This document shows positions 26,839 through 36,150 of a DNA stretch of 64,000 nucleotides, piece by piece (the first letter of the stretch is position 1; each line of letters opens with the position of its first letter). Location of the stretch: assembly GCA_030537675.1 (NCBI GenBank), contig JAUNVL010000001.1, positions 7,656-71,655 on the forward strand, read 5' to 3'. Below the pieces are notes generated by a model that had not been told where the DNA came from, made no database searches, and worked only from the letters and a program-made list of their open reading frames with translations. A program made the position numbers and the translations under genes. Source of the DNA: Propionibacteriaceae bacterium (GTDB taxonomy: Bacteria; Actinomycetota; Actinomycetes; Propionibacteriales; Propionibacteriaceae).

Positions 26839-29205
26839 TCATTCCGGTGATGTCGGTGTGATGGGGCCTGCTGCTGGGAGAGCCTGGTCCTGCAACACCA
26901 CGATGGACCAGGTGTCCAGGTGCGCCCCGTTCTCCACGATCTCGCCCTCGCCCTCGGGCCAGAAGTTGTGATGACTCTCGGCCCAGGAATGGGTGTCGAT
27001 GAGGCGCCGCCAGACCCGGCCCCGCTCGGCGATCGGCACCCGGAAATCGACGGGTGAGCCGGACATGTTGATCATCATCCAGAAGTTGTCACCCTCGCTG
27101 TTGATGAAGATGGACAGGGCCCGATCCCCCTCAGCGGGGTGCGCCGTCAAATTGGGCGAATGGTAAAGATACGAAACGTCCTTGTTGTCCGCCACCAGAT
27201 CGCCGTACTGCTTCTGCTGCAGCGAGTCGTGGTTCTGCCGCAGATTCGCAATGAATGTGGCAAACCGGAACAGCCCGTTCACGCCATCGGCGGTGTTGAA
27301 TGTGCCGAAGTTGTCGTGGTAAAAAGCGTCCACCTCGTCCGCGACTGGCACGGCCTGCGGGGAATTTGTGGGAATCATCTCGTAGTTGTTGCGCATGGCA
27401 ACACTGGGAAGGGCCCACGGGTTGTTGTTGCCATTCTGCGTGCGGCCGAACTCATCGCCGGCCACCACCATGGGTACGCCCCTGGAGAGGAACAGGATTG
27501 TCCAGAAGTTGCGGGCGCGCTGCCTCCGCAGGACCTGGTCACCGCCGGAGTCCCATGATGAGTTGTCGTCGCTTCCCCCATCGGATGGTCCGAAGGGGGA
27601 CGGCAGGTTGTTGTTCTTCTCCTGGTAGCTGACCAGGTCGGCGATGTTGAAGCCGTCGTGTGCGTCCACGAAGTTGATGGTGTTCTGCGGCCCACCCGTG
27701 TCACCGAAGTGGCGGTGGTCTCCGTTCATCATGTCCAGGAAACTGCTGGTGTTGCCGTCTCCCTTGAGGAACTTGCGAACGGTGTCCCTGTAGCGGCCGT
27801 TCCATTCGGCCCAACCGGCCGGGAAGTTGCCCACCTCGTAGCCCCACATGTCCCAGGCCTCTGCAATGACCTCGATCTGTTCGCGATCGGCGAAGTCTGC
27901 GATCTGCACCAGGAGGGGGTGATCGGAGAAGAATCGCTTCTGGGCGTCCCAGTCGTCGGGAGCGGCCTCCGCAGGAAGACGTCCCAGCACGGTGGCGAGG
28001 TCGAACCGGAAACCATCCACCCCCATGACCCTCGTCCAGTAGATGAGCGAGTCCATCACGAGCGCGCGGGCAGCAAGCGAGGAGTAGTTGAGCTGGTTGG
28101 AGGTGCCGGTGGCCCCGTCGACCATCCTGTGGTCGCTCGTCATCACGTAGTACTCCGCGGTGCCGAAGCCGCCGAGCGTGGTGAAACCGGTGGTGCCGAC
28201 GTCGTTGTTCCAGTTGCCGCCCTCGGCCGTGTGGTTGTAGACCACGTCGAGGTAGACCTCCATGCCCACTTCGTGGAAGGCGTTGATCATCTCCTTGAAC
28301 TCGCGCGTCGGCCCACCCAGGCTCTTGTCGTGGGCGTACTGGCGGTTGGGGGAGAAGAAGGACAGCGTCATGTAGCCCCAGGCGTTGGTGAATCCTTCCA
28401 CCCCGCTCTCGGAGGCGTTGGTCTCATGGACGGGTAACAATTCCAGGGCAGTGAACCCCAGCGCCTTCAGGTACGAGGCCATCATGCCGGCGCCCTTGTA
28501 GGTGCCCACGTACTCCTGTGGGATGTCGACGACGTCCTCGAAGCCGGGCTCGTTCGCCAGGAGCTGCCCCAGCCGGGTCACCGACGGGTGCCCGCACAGT
28601 TGCTGCACCTGCGCCTCATAGATCGACGACCTCTCGCTGGGGATCCGCGGCTTGGGGAGCAGCGCCGTGGTGTCGGAGATGATCACGCCCTTGGGCGCAT
28701 AGGGGGCGGTGTCCACCTGTCGGCGCGGCACGCCGTCGTAGTCGTCGCCGCCACTGCCGAAGACGCCGTTGTCGACGCCGAGGTCGCGGATCGCGTCGGA
28801 GTACATCGTGTGGGAGATCTCGAAGGCGTACGGGTCGAAGAGCACCTTGTTCGGATTGAACCGGTTGCCCTTCTTGTCCCGATCAGAGACGTAACCAGCC
28901 CCGGAGCCGGGCTTCCAGGCGACCCTGTAGGGCCAGTTCCTGCCCCAGACGCGGTAGCCGTACATGGTCCCCACGAGAACACCGGCGATCTTTGCCCGCC
29001 ACACCCCGTCGGGGCCCTTGGCGGGGAGGTACGTGCGGCCTGCCTCAGCGCCGACGGCCTCGTCGAAGAACTCGAGTTGAACCCGCGTGGCGGCCGGAGC
29101 GTGGATGGCGAACGTGACGCCGTCGGAGCGGACGTGGGCGCCGAGCGGCCACTCCGCCTTCGACCACGAGTCCTTCTCCGACGGCTCCATCAAGCTGAAA
29201 GTCAT
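26839..29205 (-). CDS. glgX: Glycogen debranching enzyme (GH13, GlgX-type isoamylase)
   Basis: GH13 conserved regions DVVYNHT, GVDGFRFDLA, EAWD and NFVDAHD. I moved the start to ATG 29205 (MTFSLMEPSEK). The upstream 99 codons of ORF 26839..29502 look non-coding and overlap mshB. Confidence 0.9.
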   Translation of the reverse strand: MTFSLMEPSEKDSWSKAEWPLGAHVRSDGVTFAIHAPAATRVQLEFFDEAVGAEAGRTYLPAKGPDGVWRAKIAGVLVGTMYGYRVWGRNWPYRVAWKPGSGAGYVSDRDKKGNRFNPNKVLFDPYAFEISHTMYSDAIRDLGVDNGVFGSGGDDYDGVPRRQVDTAPYAPKGVIISDTTALLPKPRIPSERSSIYEAQVQQLCGHPSVTRLGQLLANEPGFEDVVDIPQEYVGTYKGAGMMASYLKALGFTALELLPVHETNASESGVEGFTNAWGYMTLSFFSPNRQYAHDKSLGGPTREFKEMINAFHEVGMEVYLDVVYNHTAEGGNWNNDVGTTGFTTLGGFGTAEYYVMTSDHRMVDGATGTSNQLNYSSLAARALVMDSLIYWTRVMGVDGFRFDLATVLGRLPAEAAPDDWDAQKRFFSDHPLLVQIADFADREQIEVIAEAWDMWGYEVGNFPAGWAEWNGRYRDTVRKFLKGDGNTSSFLDMMNGDHRHFGDTGGPQNTINFVDAHDGFNIADLVSYQEKNNNLPSPFGPSDGGSDDNSSWDSGGDQVLRRQRARNFWTILFLSRGVPMVVAGDEFGRTQNGNNNPWALPSVAMRNNYEMIPTNSPQAVPVADEVDAFYHDNFGTFNTADGVNGLFRFATFIANLRQNHDSLQQKQYGDLVADNKDVSYLYHSPNLTAHPAEGDRALSIFINSEGDNFWMMINMSGSPVDFRVPIAERGRVWRRLIDTHSWAESHHNFWPEGEGEIVENGAHLDTWSIVVLQDQALPAAGPITPTSPE

Positions 29206-29285
29206 GTTGAAATACTGACAGGTTTGGCCAAAAAAGCAGCAACGGCGGATTCCGCCCGCTGGGATCGGGTGGTTATGGTGGCCCT

Positions 29286-30185
29286 GTGAACGCCCAACAA
29301 CGCCTCGTGATGGTCCATGCCCACCCCGACGATGAGTCCAGCCAGTCCTCGGCCACCCTGTCGCGTTATGTGGCGGAAGGGGCGGGCGTGACGCTCGTGA
29401 CGTGCACGCTGGGCGAGCGGGGCGAGATCCTGGTGCCTGACTGGGAACATTTCTCCCCGACCGAACTCGGCGAGCACCGGCTGCAGGAACTGGCCACTGC
29501 ACTCGGGATCATGGGCGTGACCGATCACGTGTGGCTGGGCGGTCCCGGCACATACCAGGACACGGGCATGACCACCGATGAACGCGGTCGCGTCCTCCCC
29601 GCGCCCGACGCCCCCGACAGCTCCTTCTGGAAGGCCGACCTCCTGGCGGCCACCAATCACCTCGTGGAGGTGATCCGCTCCCGCCGCCCCCAGGTACTCA
29701 GCAGCTACGACCCGAACGGCAACTACGGCCACCCCGACCACATTCAGGCGCACCGCATCACCATGTATGCGGCGCAGCTGGCGGCCATCCACTCGCACCG
29801 GCCCGACCTGGGGGAACCCTGGCAGGTGTCGCGGATCCTGTGGAACACCATCAACCCGGCCATGTGGGAGGAAGCCGGCAGGCTGGCCAAGGAACGGGGC
29901 ATCGACCTGTTCGGCGAATCCGACGACGAGGCGGGTCCGCGTCGGCCGGGGATTTCAGAGGTGGCCGCCGTCATCCCCTACGGCGACTACCTGCAGCAGT
30001 GCACCGACGCGCTGTTGGCGCACCGCAGCCAGGTGAACCCTGACCAGGACTTCTGGCAGTTCTTCTCCATCATGCGAGGGTTGCCCTCGGCGGGCGAGGC
30101 CTACATCCTCGCGGCCGGACAACCCTTCCCCCACACTGATGCGCTCCCCGACGATCTGTTCGCGGGACTCGACCTCTCGGTCTGA
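29286..30185 (+). CDS. mshB: LmbE-like N-acetylglucosaminyl-inositol deacetylase of mycothiol metabolism (MshB/Mca family, probably MshB)
   Basis: VHAHPDDES zinc motif, TLGERGE, HPDH and AHRSQ, in 299 aa. MshB and Mca cannot be distinguished by eye. Confidence 0.7.
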   Translation: MNAQQRLVMVHAHPDDESSQSSATLSRYVAEGAGVTLVTCTLGERGEILVPDWEHFSPTELGEHRLQELATALGIMGVTDHVWLGGPGTYQDTGMTTDERGRVLPAPDAPDSSFWKADLLAATNHLVEVIRSRRPQVLSSYDPNGNYGHPDHIQAHRITMYAAQLAAIHSHRPDLGEPWQVSRILWNTINPAMWEEAGRLAKERGIDLFGESDDEAGPRRPGISEVAAVIPYGDYLQQCTDALLAHRSQVNPDQDFWQFFSIMRGLPSAGEAYILAAGQPFPHTDALPDDLFAGLDLSV

Positions 30186-30224
30186 GCTACGCGGACGCCC
30201 AGGAGGCATCGCTCCCGGGCGCGA

Positions 30225-31226
30225 TCAGCGGCGCAGGCTTCCCAGCAGCGCGCTGACGGCTATCAGGCCGACGGCGCCCGCTGCGTAGAGCGCCGTCCTC
30301 ACCCACGTGTTCGACGGCTGGCCCTTGGACGCCTCACGGACGGCGTCATCAAATCCCATCAACCCACCGGGAGGCAGGGGGATGTAGTCGTCGATGTCGT
30401 GTTCACGCACCACGGTGTCATGCAGCAGGCTGCCGATCAGAGGCCTCGCCATGTCCGTGTCGATGTCTGTGACCAGGCCGATCCAGTGGGCCGCCAGTCC
30501 AGGGGTGGTGACGGGGGCGGTGAACATGGGCCCCGGGCGGAACCCCAGCGCGATTGCGTAGCGGTCCATCATGCCGGCATACGTCAGGACGTCCGGGCCG
30601 CCGATGTCGAAGGTGCGGCTGACATCAGCAGGAAGGTCTGCAGCCGCGACAAGGTAGTACAGCACGTCGCGAGCGGCGATCGGCTGGATGCGGTTGTTGA
30701 TCCATTTGGGTGCAACCCCTCCGGGGAGACGCTCGGCGAGTTGCTTCAGCATGGTGAAGGAGATCGAGCCGTCACCCAGCACCACCGCGGCCTGCAGGAC
30801 CGCGGTGGGGACGCCCGACGCCAGCAACGTGTTGCCCACTTCCACGCGGCTGGCGAGGTGCTCGGACAGGTCCTCGTCGGGGTGGAGTCCGCTGAGGTAC
30901 ACCAGTCGCTGCACGCCCTCCTTGGCTGCGGCGTCGGCGAAGATCTTGGCCATGTGGGCGTCACGTTCGGCGAAGTCGGAGCCGGAGCCCATGGAATGCA
31001 GGAGGTACCAGGCGACGTCGGCGCCCTCCATGGCGCGGGCGACGTCGTCGGCCTCCGTGGCGTCACCCTCGATGGCGACGACCTTGTTGTGCCACGCGTG
31101 GCTGGCCAGTTTCTCGGGGCTGCGCGTCAGCGTGCGGACTTTCCAGCCGTCCTTGAGCAGTTGCTCCACGACGAGGCCACCCACGTAGCCCGTGGCTCCG
31201 GTGACAAGTGCTGTGCGGATGGTCAT
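30225..31226 (-). CDS. NAD(P)H-binding atypical SDR (NmrA/complex-I NDUFA9-like) with C-terminal hydrophobic tail
   Basis: In-frame part of ORF 30225..32012. ATG 31226 gives MTIRTALVTGATGYVGG (Rossmann fold). The start overlaps the CPBP gene stop (ATGA at 31223-31226). The C-terminal TM-like segment is TALYAAGAVGLIAVSALLGSL. Confidence 0.8.
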   Translation of the reverse strand: MTIRTALVTGATGYVGGLVVEQLLKDGWKVRTLTRSPEKLASHAWHNKVVAIEGDATEADDVARAMEGADVAWYLLHSMGSGSDFAERDAHMAKIFADAAAKEGVQRLVYLSGLHPDEDLSEHLASRVEVGNTLLASGVPTAVLQAAVVLGDGSISFTMLKQLAERLPGGVAPKWINNRIQPIAARDVLYYLVAAADLPADVSRTFDIGGPDVLTYAGMMDRYAIALGFRPGPMFTAPVTTPGLAAHWIGLVTDIDTDMARPLIGSLLHDTVVREHDIDDYIPLPPGGLMGFDDAVREASKGQPSNTWVRTALYAAGAVGLIAVSALLGSLRR

Positions 31227-31903
31227 ATTGCTCTCCAGAGGTCGAGTGCGGGTTGAAGTAGGAACAGCATGCCCATGGACCATGTCAGGTGGGCGACGAT
31301 CGGCGCCAGAAGCGCACCGGTCGTTTGTCGCAGCCAGCCGGCCAGCAGCCCCATGGACATGGCCGCCAGCGCCAGGAGCGGGATGCCCGAGGCGGCAGTG
31401 ACGATGGTGTAAATGATGGTGGTGCCGATGAGGTGGCGCATGGGGCCCCCACCGATGGATTCGTGCAAGGCACCACGGAAGAACATCTCCTCCGTGACAC
31501 CGTTGATCACGGTGATGGCAGCGACGACGGGGAGTGCACCGAAGCGCGCATGCGCGAGGAGTTCCTCCACGGGCGCTGCGAGGAAGTCGATGCGAGCCAC
31601 CACTGCGGCCCCCAACAGGAAGACCACCAGCAGCGCCAGGCCACCGGCGAGCCCCCACCCCACGTCGCGGAGCATCTTGCCCTCGCCGATGCTTCCGAAC
31701 GTGCGGCTTCGTGCCGTGAGGAGGGAGCCGATCACCCAGACAATCGCAAGCGTGAAGGTGAAGATGTAGAAGCTGGTGTCGCCGGGTTCCACCGAGACGC
31801 CGAGTGCGAGCAGTACCGCACCGGTCACGCCCGTGGCCGCGGCGATGCCACGGTTTCGTCTGGCGCCGGCCTTGGTGACGGCGCCCTCTGTGGAGACGCT
31901 CAT
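31223..31903 (-). CDS. CPBP-family (CAAX-protease-like) intramembrane glutamic metalloprotease
   Basis: 226 aa and polytopic. It carries the EEMFFRGAL (EExxxR) motif and downstream conserved His residues. The start overlaps the TspO-like gene stop (31900-31903). Confidence 0.8.
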   Translation of the reverse strand: MSVSTEGAVTKAGARRNRGIAAATGVTGAVLLALGVSVEPGDTSFYIFTFTLAIVWVIGSLLTARSRTFGSIGEGKMLRDVGWGLAGGLALLVVFLLGAAVVARIDFLAAPVEELLAHARFGALPVVAAITVINGVTEEMFFRGALHESIGGGPMRHLIGTTIIYTIVTAASGIPLLALAAMSMGLLAGWLRQTTGALLAPIVAHLTWSMGMLFLLQPALDLWRAI

Positions 31904-32691
31904 ACGGTGCTGGCAGTACTTCGCTTTTGCTGCCAGGAGACGAACCAGAAGACCAGCAGCACGGCGGCTGCGGTGAAGGCGGTGATGGCCACCATGAGGG
32001 ACTCCGGTTCACTGGTGCTGCGTCCGATGCCGATCCATGTGATGCCCCAGGCCAGCGCGGCAGTCACGGTGAATCGCGGACCGAATCTCAATGTGAAAAG
32101 GACTCCGAGCCCGACGGCCACCACGAGAACAACGACGGCCGCCACCTGGTTGCCCACAGTGCCGAGGTCCCATCCGGCGTCAACGCCTGCGGCCGTGATG
32201 TTGGCGCAGGTGGCAGCCGTCACCCAACCGAGGTAGAGACCGAAGGTGCCATCGGTGATGATCTTCTCCGGGGCGCTCCGGGCAGGATGGCGTTGCAGGG
32301 CGGAGATGAGCAGTCCCAGGACCACTGCGAGGGCCACGATGACCACGACGCTCACCCAGATCCACCCCACCTGCGTGACCAGGAGCCACGTGGCGTTGAG
32401 GATCATGGAGGCTGCTGCGAGCCAGCCGATTGCGCGGTGCCGGTCAGAGGTCTTGTTGCGGGGCAGCCATTGCCAGATCGTGTAGGACAGTAGGCCGAGA
32501 TAGATGACGGACCAGATGGAGAATGCGGGTCCGTCGGGCGCCAGCAGCGTCGCATCCGCCGCCAGGACACCACCTGAGGACTCCTCCACACGGGTGCCGA
32601 GGACACCGATGCCGAAGAGGGTGCCCACCACGCAGAAGATCTCGCTCGCGGTCACCGTGATCTGGCGTGCGAGGTCGTTGGGCTGCTTCAT
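31900..32691 (-). CDS. Tryptophan-rich membrane protein, TspO/MBR-like
   Basis: ORF 31900..32868. ATG 32691 gives MKQPNDLARQ. It is Trp-rich and polytopic (FSIWSVIYLGLLSYTIWQW, ILNATWLLV). Family assignment is from motif memory only. Confidence 0.55.
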   Translation of the reverse strand: MKQPNDLARQITVTASEIFCVVGTLFGIGVLGTRVEESSGGVLAADATLLAPDGPAFSIWSVIYLGLLSYTIWQWLPRNKTSDRHRAIGWLAAASMILNATWLLVTQVGWIWVSVVVIVALAVVLGLLISALQRHPARSAPEKIITDGTFGLYLGWVTAATCANITAAGVDAGWDLGTVGNQVAAVVVLVVAVGLGVLFTLRFGPRFTVTAALAWGITWIGIGRSTSEPESLMVAITAFTAAAVLLVFWFVSWQQKRSTASTV

Positions 32692-32878
32692 CGTCCACCT
32701 TCTTTCCGTACCGGAAAGACTACTGCGCCTTCGGACACGGTCGGACGAATGCGTCTGCGGGGCCGGCTGCGCATCCAAAACCACCCCGACGGGTGAGACC
32801 TTCTGAACCGCTTCGTCCCTATCGTTTTTGGTGGGCCATGGCGGTCCACAACGCATTTCACAAGGCATGGAGGAGACG

Positions 32879-33964
32879 ATGGCGAACCCCGATCAGTCAC
32901 CGAGCAGCGGTGGCACTGACGGTTCCACGGCACCGTTCGACGAAGTCGACACCACTGCGGACGCAGGCCTGGACATTTTCGACGACCAGACGCGCGTCGG
33001 CTCCGACCGCGACGGAGGTCTGGATGACTTCGGCGACGGTTTCGTCTCCGACGCGTCGGATGACGCCTGGGCACCAGCGGTGCTTTCCGATGACACGCTC
33101 AGCCCCACCCCGCAGCCCGCCTTCGTTGCCGATGATCGCAACGATGACCTGGCGGAAGCGCTCGCTGTCGACGACAGGGGATGGGATTCCCCCCACGACG
33201 GTGGGGCACAGGATGCGGCTGATGGTGTGAAGCAGGCAGCGGCAGCGGCAGGTGACCGGGTCAACAAGGTTGCCGACAGCGCGCAGGACGCAGCAGCTGA
33301 GGTCAAGGACACGGCTGTGGCGGCGGGCTCAGACCTCGCGGATTCCGTGACGGAACAAGCTGGCGAAGTGGCTCACGAAGTGGGTCACCAGAGCCGACGT
33401 CTCATGGACGAGGGCATGTCCGAGTTGCAGTCGCAGGCGGGTGCCGGACAGCAGCGACTGGCGGAGCTTTCCCGATCCTTCGGAGGCGAACTCCAGGCGA
33501 TGCGCAGCAACACGGACCAGTCCGGACCTCTGACCGATCTGGTTGGCAGCGCCGAGCAAATGTTCGATGACGCCGCCAACTGGCTGGAGCGCAGTGAACC
33601 GGCCGATGTGCTGGATTCCGTGCGACGCTACGCATCACGCAACCCGTGGACCTTCCTGGCCATCTCGGCCGGTGTGGGCTTCGTCGGGGCGCGGATCGTG
33701 CGAGGCCTGAAGAAGCCGGACGACAATCGGCAGCCCAGGGCGGCCATGGATGTCCCCGCCGGATACCACGGCGGCAACACCGCAGCCATCTCGCCGATCG
33801 AGGACCCCTCCTACGCAGGGGGAGCGCGGTACGGAGCTGAGGAGCGCGTGCAGCCGAGCGCGACACCGGCCACGTCCTTCGCGCCAGTGGGTGATGCCGG
33901 GTTCGGAGGCACCGAAGGACTACCTCCGATGTCGGACGCTCCCGGCGGCACGCGAGGTCTGTGA
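32879..33964 (+). CDS. Hypothetical tail-anchored protein: acidic disordered N-terminus, apolipoprotein/LEA-like helices and a C-terminal TM (DUF883/YqjD-like tail)
   Basis: ATG 32879 is preceded by GGAGGAG, within ORF 32828..33964. The C-terminal motif is RYASRNPWTFLAISAGVGFVGARIV. Confidence 0.65.
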   Translation: MANPDQSPSSGGTDGSTAPFDEVDTTADAGLDIFDDQTRVGSDRDGGLDDFGDGFVSDASDDAWAPAVLSDDTLSPTPQPAFVADDRNDDLAEALAVDDRGWDSPHDGGAQDAADGVKQAAAAAGDRVNKVADSAQDAAAEVKDTAVAAGSDLADSVTEQAGEVAHEVGHQSRRLMDEGMSELQSQAGAGQQRLAELSRSFGGELQAMRSNTDQSGPLTDLVGSAEQMFDDAANWLERSEPADVLDSVRRYASRNPWTFLAISAGVGFVGARIVRGLKKPDDNRQPRAAMDVPAGYHGGNTAAISPIEDPSYAGGARYGAEERVQPSATPATSFAPVGDAGFGGTEGLPPMSDAPGGTRGL

Positions 33965-34452
33965 TGACGTCGCACCAACCCCCGGAACAAGTGGGCTCCC
34001 ACGTCGTGGGCCAGAGTGAGTCAGACGAGAGCTACCAGCGATTCAGGCGTGAGGACCGCTCGCTCGGAGAGATCGTCTCCGAAGTGATGGACAATGCCTC
34101 CACCCTGGTGAAGCAAGAAGTTGAACTCGCCAAGGCAGAAGCGAAGGTCGCCGCTGGCAGGGCAGGCAAGGGTATAGGGATGTTCGTCGGCGCCGCCGTC
34201 GGTGCCCTCATGGCGCTGGTTGCCCTGACGCTGTGCCTGTGGTGGGCAATAGGCGTGCTGATCGGAACCGAAACCTCGCCGGCACTGGGCTGGAGCGGCC
34301 TCATCGTCACCATCATCTGGCTCGCCGTGGCAGGCATTCTGGCTGCCGTCGGCAAGAGCGAGCTGGACAAGATCAAGGGTCTCCCGAAGACCCAGGACAC
34401 CATCACAAAGATCCCGAACGCGGCAACCGGTCACGAGGAGAAGAATCGATGA
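33961..34452 (+). CDS. Small two-TM membrane protein of the actinobacterial Holin-X (phage holin family) type
   Basis: 163 aa. The start overlaps the upstream stop (GTGA at 33961-33964). Pattern: LVKQEVELAKAEAK, then two hydrophobic helices, then a K-rich tail. Confidence 0.65.
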   Translation: MMTSHQPPEQVGSHVVGQSESDESYQRFRREDRSLGEIVSEVMDNASTLVKQEVELAKAEAKVAAGRAGKGIGMFVGAAVGALMALVALTLCLWWAIGVLIGTETSPALGWSGLIVTIIWLAVAGILAAVGKSELDKIKGLPKTQDTITKIPNAATGHEEKNR

Positions 34453-35168
34453 GCAATCCCGAGGAGATCCGTCGCGATATCGAGCGCACTCGCGCCGAAC
34501 TCAGCGACAACGTCAACGCGTTGGGGGACAGCACCAGCCCCAGCAATATCGCCCGCGAGCAGGTGGACAAGGTGAAGGAAGGCGCGTCGAACCTGAAGGA
34601 GCGCGTCTTCGGATCACCCGAGGACCCTTACGACGACGGCATGATGGGCGACGCACAGTCCGCGATGGACAACGCCTCCGAGCATGCCTTGGGGGCCGTG
34701 TCGGACGCCCGCGACGCCGTGGCCAACACCCCACAGAAGGTGAAGTCCGGCACGCGCGGCAACCCGTTGGCGGCGGGCCTCATCGCACTGGGGATCGGCG
34801 CACTCGTGGGAGGACTCATCCCGTCGACTCGCAAGGAACACGAAGTGGCGCAGCAGCTGAAGGATGCGTCGCAGCCGCTGGTGGACGAGGTCAAGCAGAT
34901 GGCGATGGATGCCAAGGACAACCTGCAGCCGCTGGCACAGGAGGCGGCGCAGGCCGTCGGCGGTGTCGCCAAGGATGCGGGCGAACAGGTGAAGCAGGAC
35001 ACCATCGCTGCCAAGGACACGGTGACGGAGACGGCCAGATCCTCGGTCGACAACGTCAGGGGTGACGCCCAGGACGCCGTCGACGAGACGAAGCAGGACG
35101 CGAAGCAGGCGAAGGATGACGTTGCCCAGGGCGGCCTCGGCGCTGCCGGCTCGTCGCTGCAACCCTGA
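34449..35168 (+). CDS. DUF3618-like protein (helical, single TM)
   Basis: In-frame part of ORF 34233..35168. ATG 34449 overlaps the upstream stop (ATGA). The N-terminus is MSNPEEIRRDIERTRAELSDNVNAL. The central TM is NPLAAGLIALGIGALVGGLIP. The C-terminus has repetitive helical KD/AQ-rich sequence. Confidence 0.7.
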   Translation: MSNPEEIRRDIERTRAELSDNVNALGDSTSPSNIAREQVDKVKEGASNLKERVFGSPEDPYDDGMMGDAQSAMDNASEHALGAVSDARDAVANTPQKVKSGTRGNPLAAGLIALGIGALVGGLIPSTRKEHEVAQQLKDASQPLVDEVKQMAMDAKDNLQPLAQEAAQAVGGVAKDAGEQVKQDTIAAKDTVTETARSSVDNVRGDAQDAVDETKQDAKQAKDDVAQGGLGAAGSSLQP

Positions 35169-35169
35169 T

Positions 35170-35217
35170 CCGCTGATATCAGCGGCCCCGTTCACGACTC
35201 ACGTCGTGGGCGGGGCC
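35170..35217 (+). terminator. Two consecutive hairpins ending in a T-tract after the stress cluster
   Basis: Perfect palindrome CCGCTGATATCAGCGG at 35170-35185. It is followed by GGCCCCG (35184-35190) pairing with CGGGGCC (35211-35217), then GTTTTC. Confidence 0.6.
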
Positions 35218-35263
35218 GTTTTCGGCGTGGGACCCGCCATGCCGACGTCGCTCCGCCGAGGCC

Positions 35264-36022
35264 TCATTGGTATGCCTTGGGATGGACGGGGACGTCGTGC
35301 GCGTCCAGCCACGCGATGATGGCCGCGCGCTCCTGAAGCACGCGATCGCTGACGTCGTCGTTGCTGAGGATGAAATAGCGGTCCTGAAAGGTGCTGCCGT
35401 CCTTCCTCACGGAGTGCGGATTGGCCCCCAGCTCCAACAGCCGCAGTACCAGCGCCCCGGATTGGGTGCTGGCGCAGGTGTCGATGGGGCGCCCCCGATT
35501 CGGGTCCGTCCAGTCCACGTCGGCCCCGGCGTCCACCAGCAGGGTGAACACCGGCTCGTCATTCTGGAGACAGGCGATTTTCAGGGCGGTGGTGCCGGTG
35601 GCTGCGCGCACCACGTCCGGGTCGCTCCCCGCCTGCAACAGCAGTTCGACCATGGCAGGCTGCGTCCAGGCGGCGGAGTGGAGTGGAGGCTCACCGCCCT
35701 TGCCCGGCAGGTCTGGCGTGGCCCCCATCTCCAGAAGGCCCGCCATGCCATCGAGGCTGCGAGCAGTTGCCGACCATTGGAGCATGGTGATCCCATCAAT
35801 CCCGATGGCATTCGGGTTCGCGCCGTCCCGGATGAGCCGGGAAATCTCTGCCTTCTCACCTGCGGCTACAGCCTTCGCCAGGGTCAGGTCCTGCGAGCTG
35901 GTCCACCACTGGCTGGGATCGGGCCCTGAGAAGATCGTGGAGCAGCCGGACAGAGCCAGCGACAACCCGATGAGCACGACCACCAAACGGAGCATGCCCG
36001 CAGTCAAGCACGTGGAACGCAC
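35264..36022 (-). CDS. Ankyrin-repeat lipoprotein
   Basis: Lipobox LSLALSGC-S. At least four ANK-like repeats are present (G.T.L..A......V..LL..GA.P motifs, for example GGEPPLHSAAWTQPAMVELLLQAGSDPD). Confidence 0.75.
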   Translation of the reverse strand: MRSTCLTAGMLRLVVVLIGLSLALSGCSTIFSGPDPSQWWTSSQDLTLAKAVAAGEKAEISRLIRDGANPNAIGIDGITMLQWSATARSLDGMAGLLEMGATPDLPGKGGEPPLHSAAWTQPAMVELLLQAGSDPDVVRAATGTTALKIACLQNDEPVFTLLVDAGADVDWTDPNRGRPIDTCASTQSGALVLRLLELGANPHSVRKDGSTFQDRYFILSNDDVSDRVLQERAAIIAWLDAHDVPVHPKAYQ

Positions 36023-36150
36023 TGGGCGGAAGGCCTGAACGCCGTCATGGATGTCCGCCGTTTGGCCTGGTTGCAGATGCGGTTGCGGTTTCCCTGCCGC
36101 ATGAAGGGCCGCATCAGCAGCTTGGCAGGCTTTCAGCGCCCGACGCGGAA

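Noticed and set aside
29206-29502. N-terminal extensions of track ORFs, such as glgX to 29502, SDR to 32012, ABC permease to 24125, SEC-C to 10445, ppk2 to 58503 and dnaB to 37623.
   Set aside because: The extensions are Arg/Pro/Gly-rich, overlap neighbouring genes and lack RBS support. Internal starts with an RBS or stop-start coupling give canonical N-termini.
33961-34452. Holin-family gene as evidence of a prophage or lysis cassette.
   Set aside because: No endolysin, terminase, capsid, integrase or att-like repeat is anywhere nearby. The gene is embedded in a coupled three-gene stress-type cluster.
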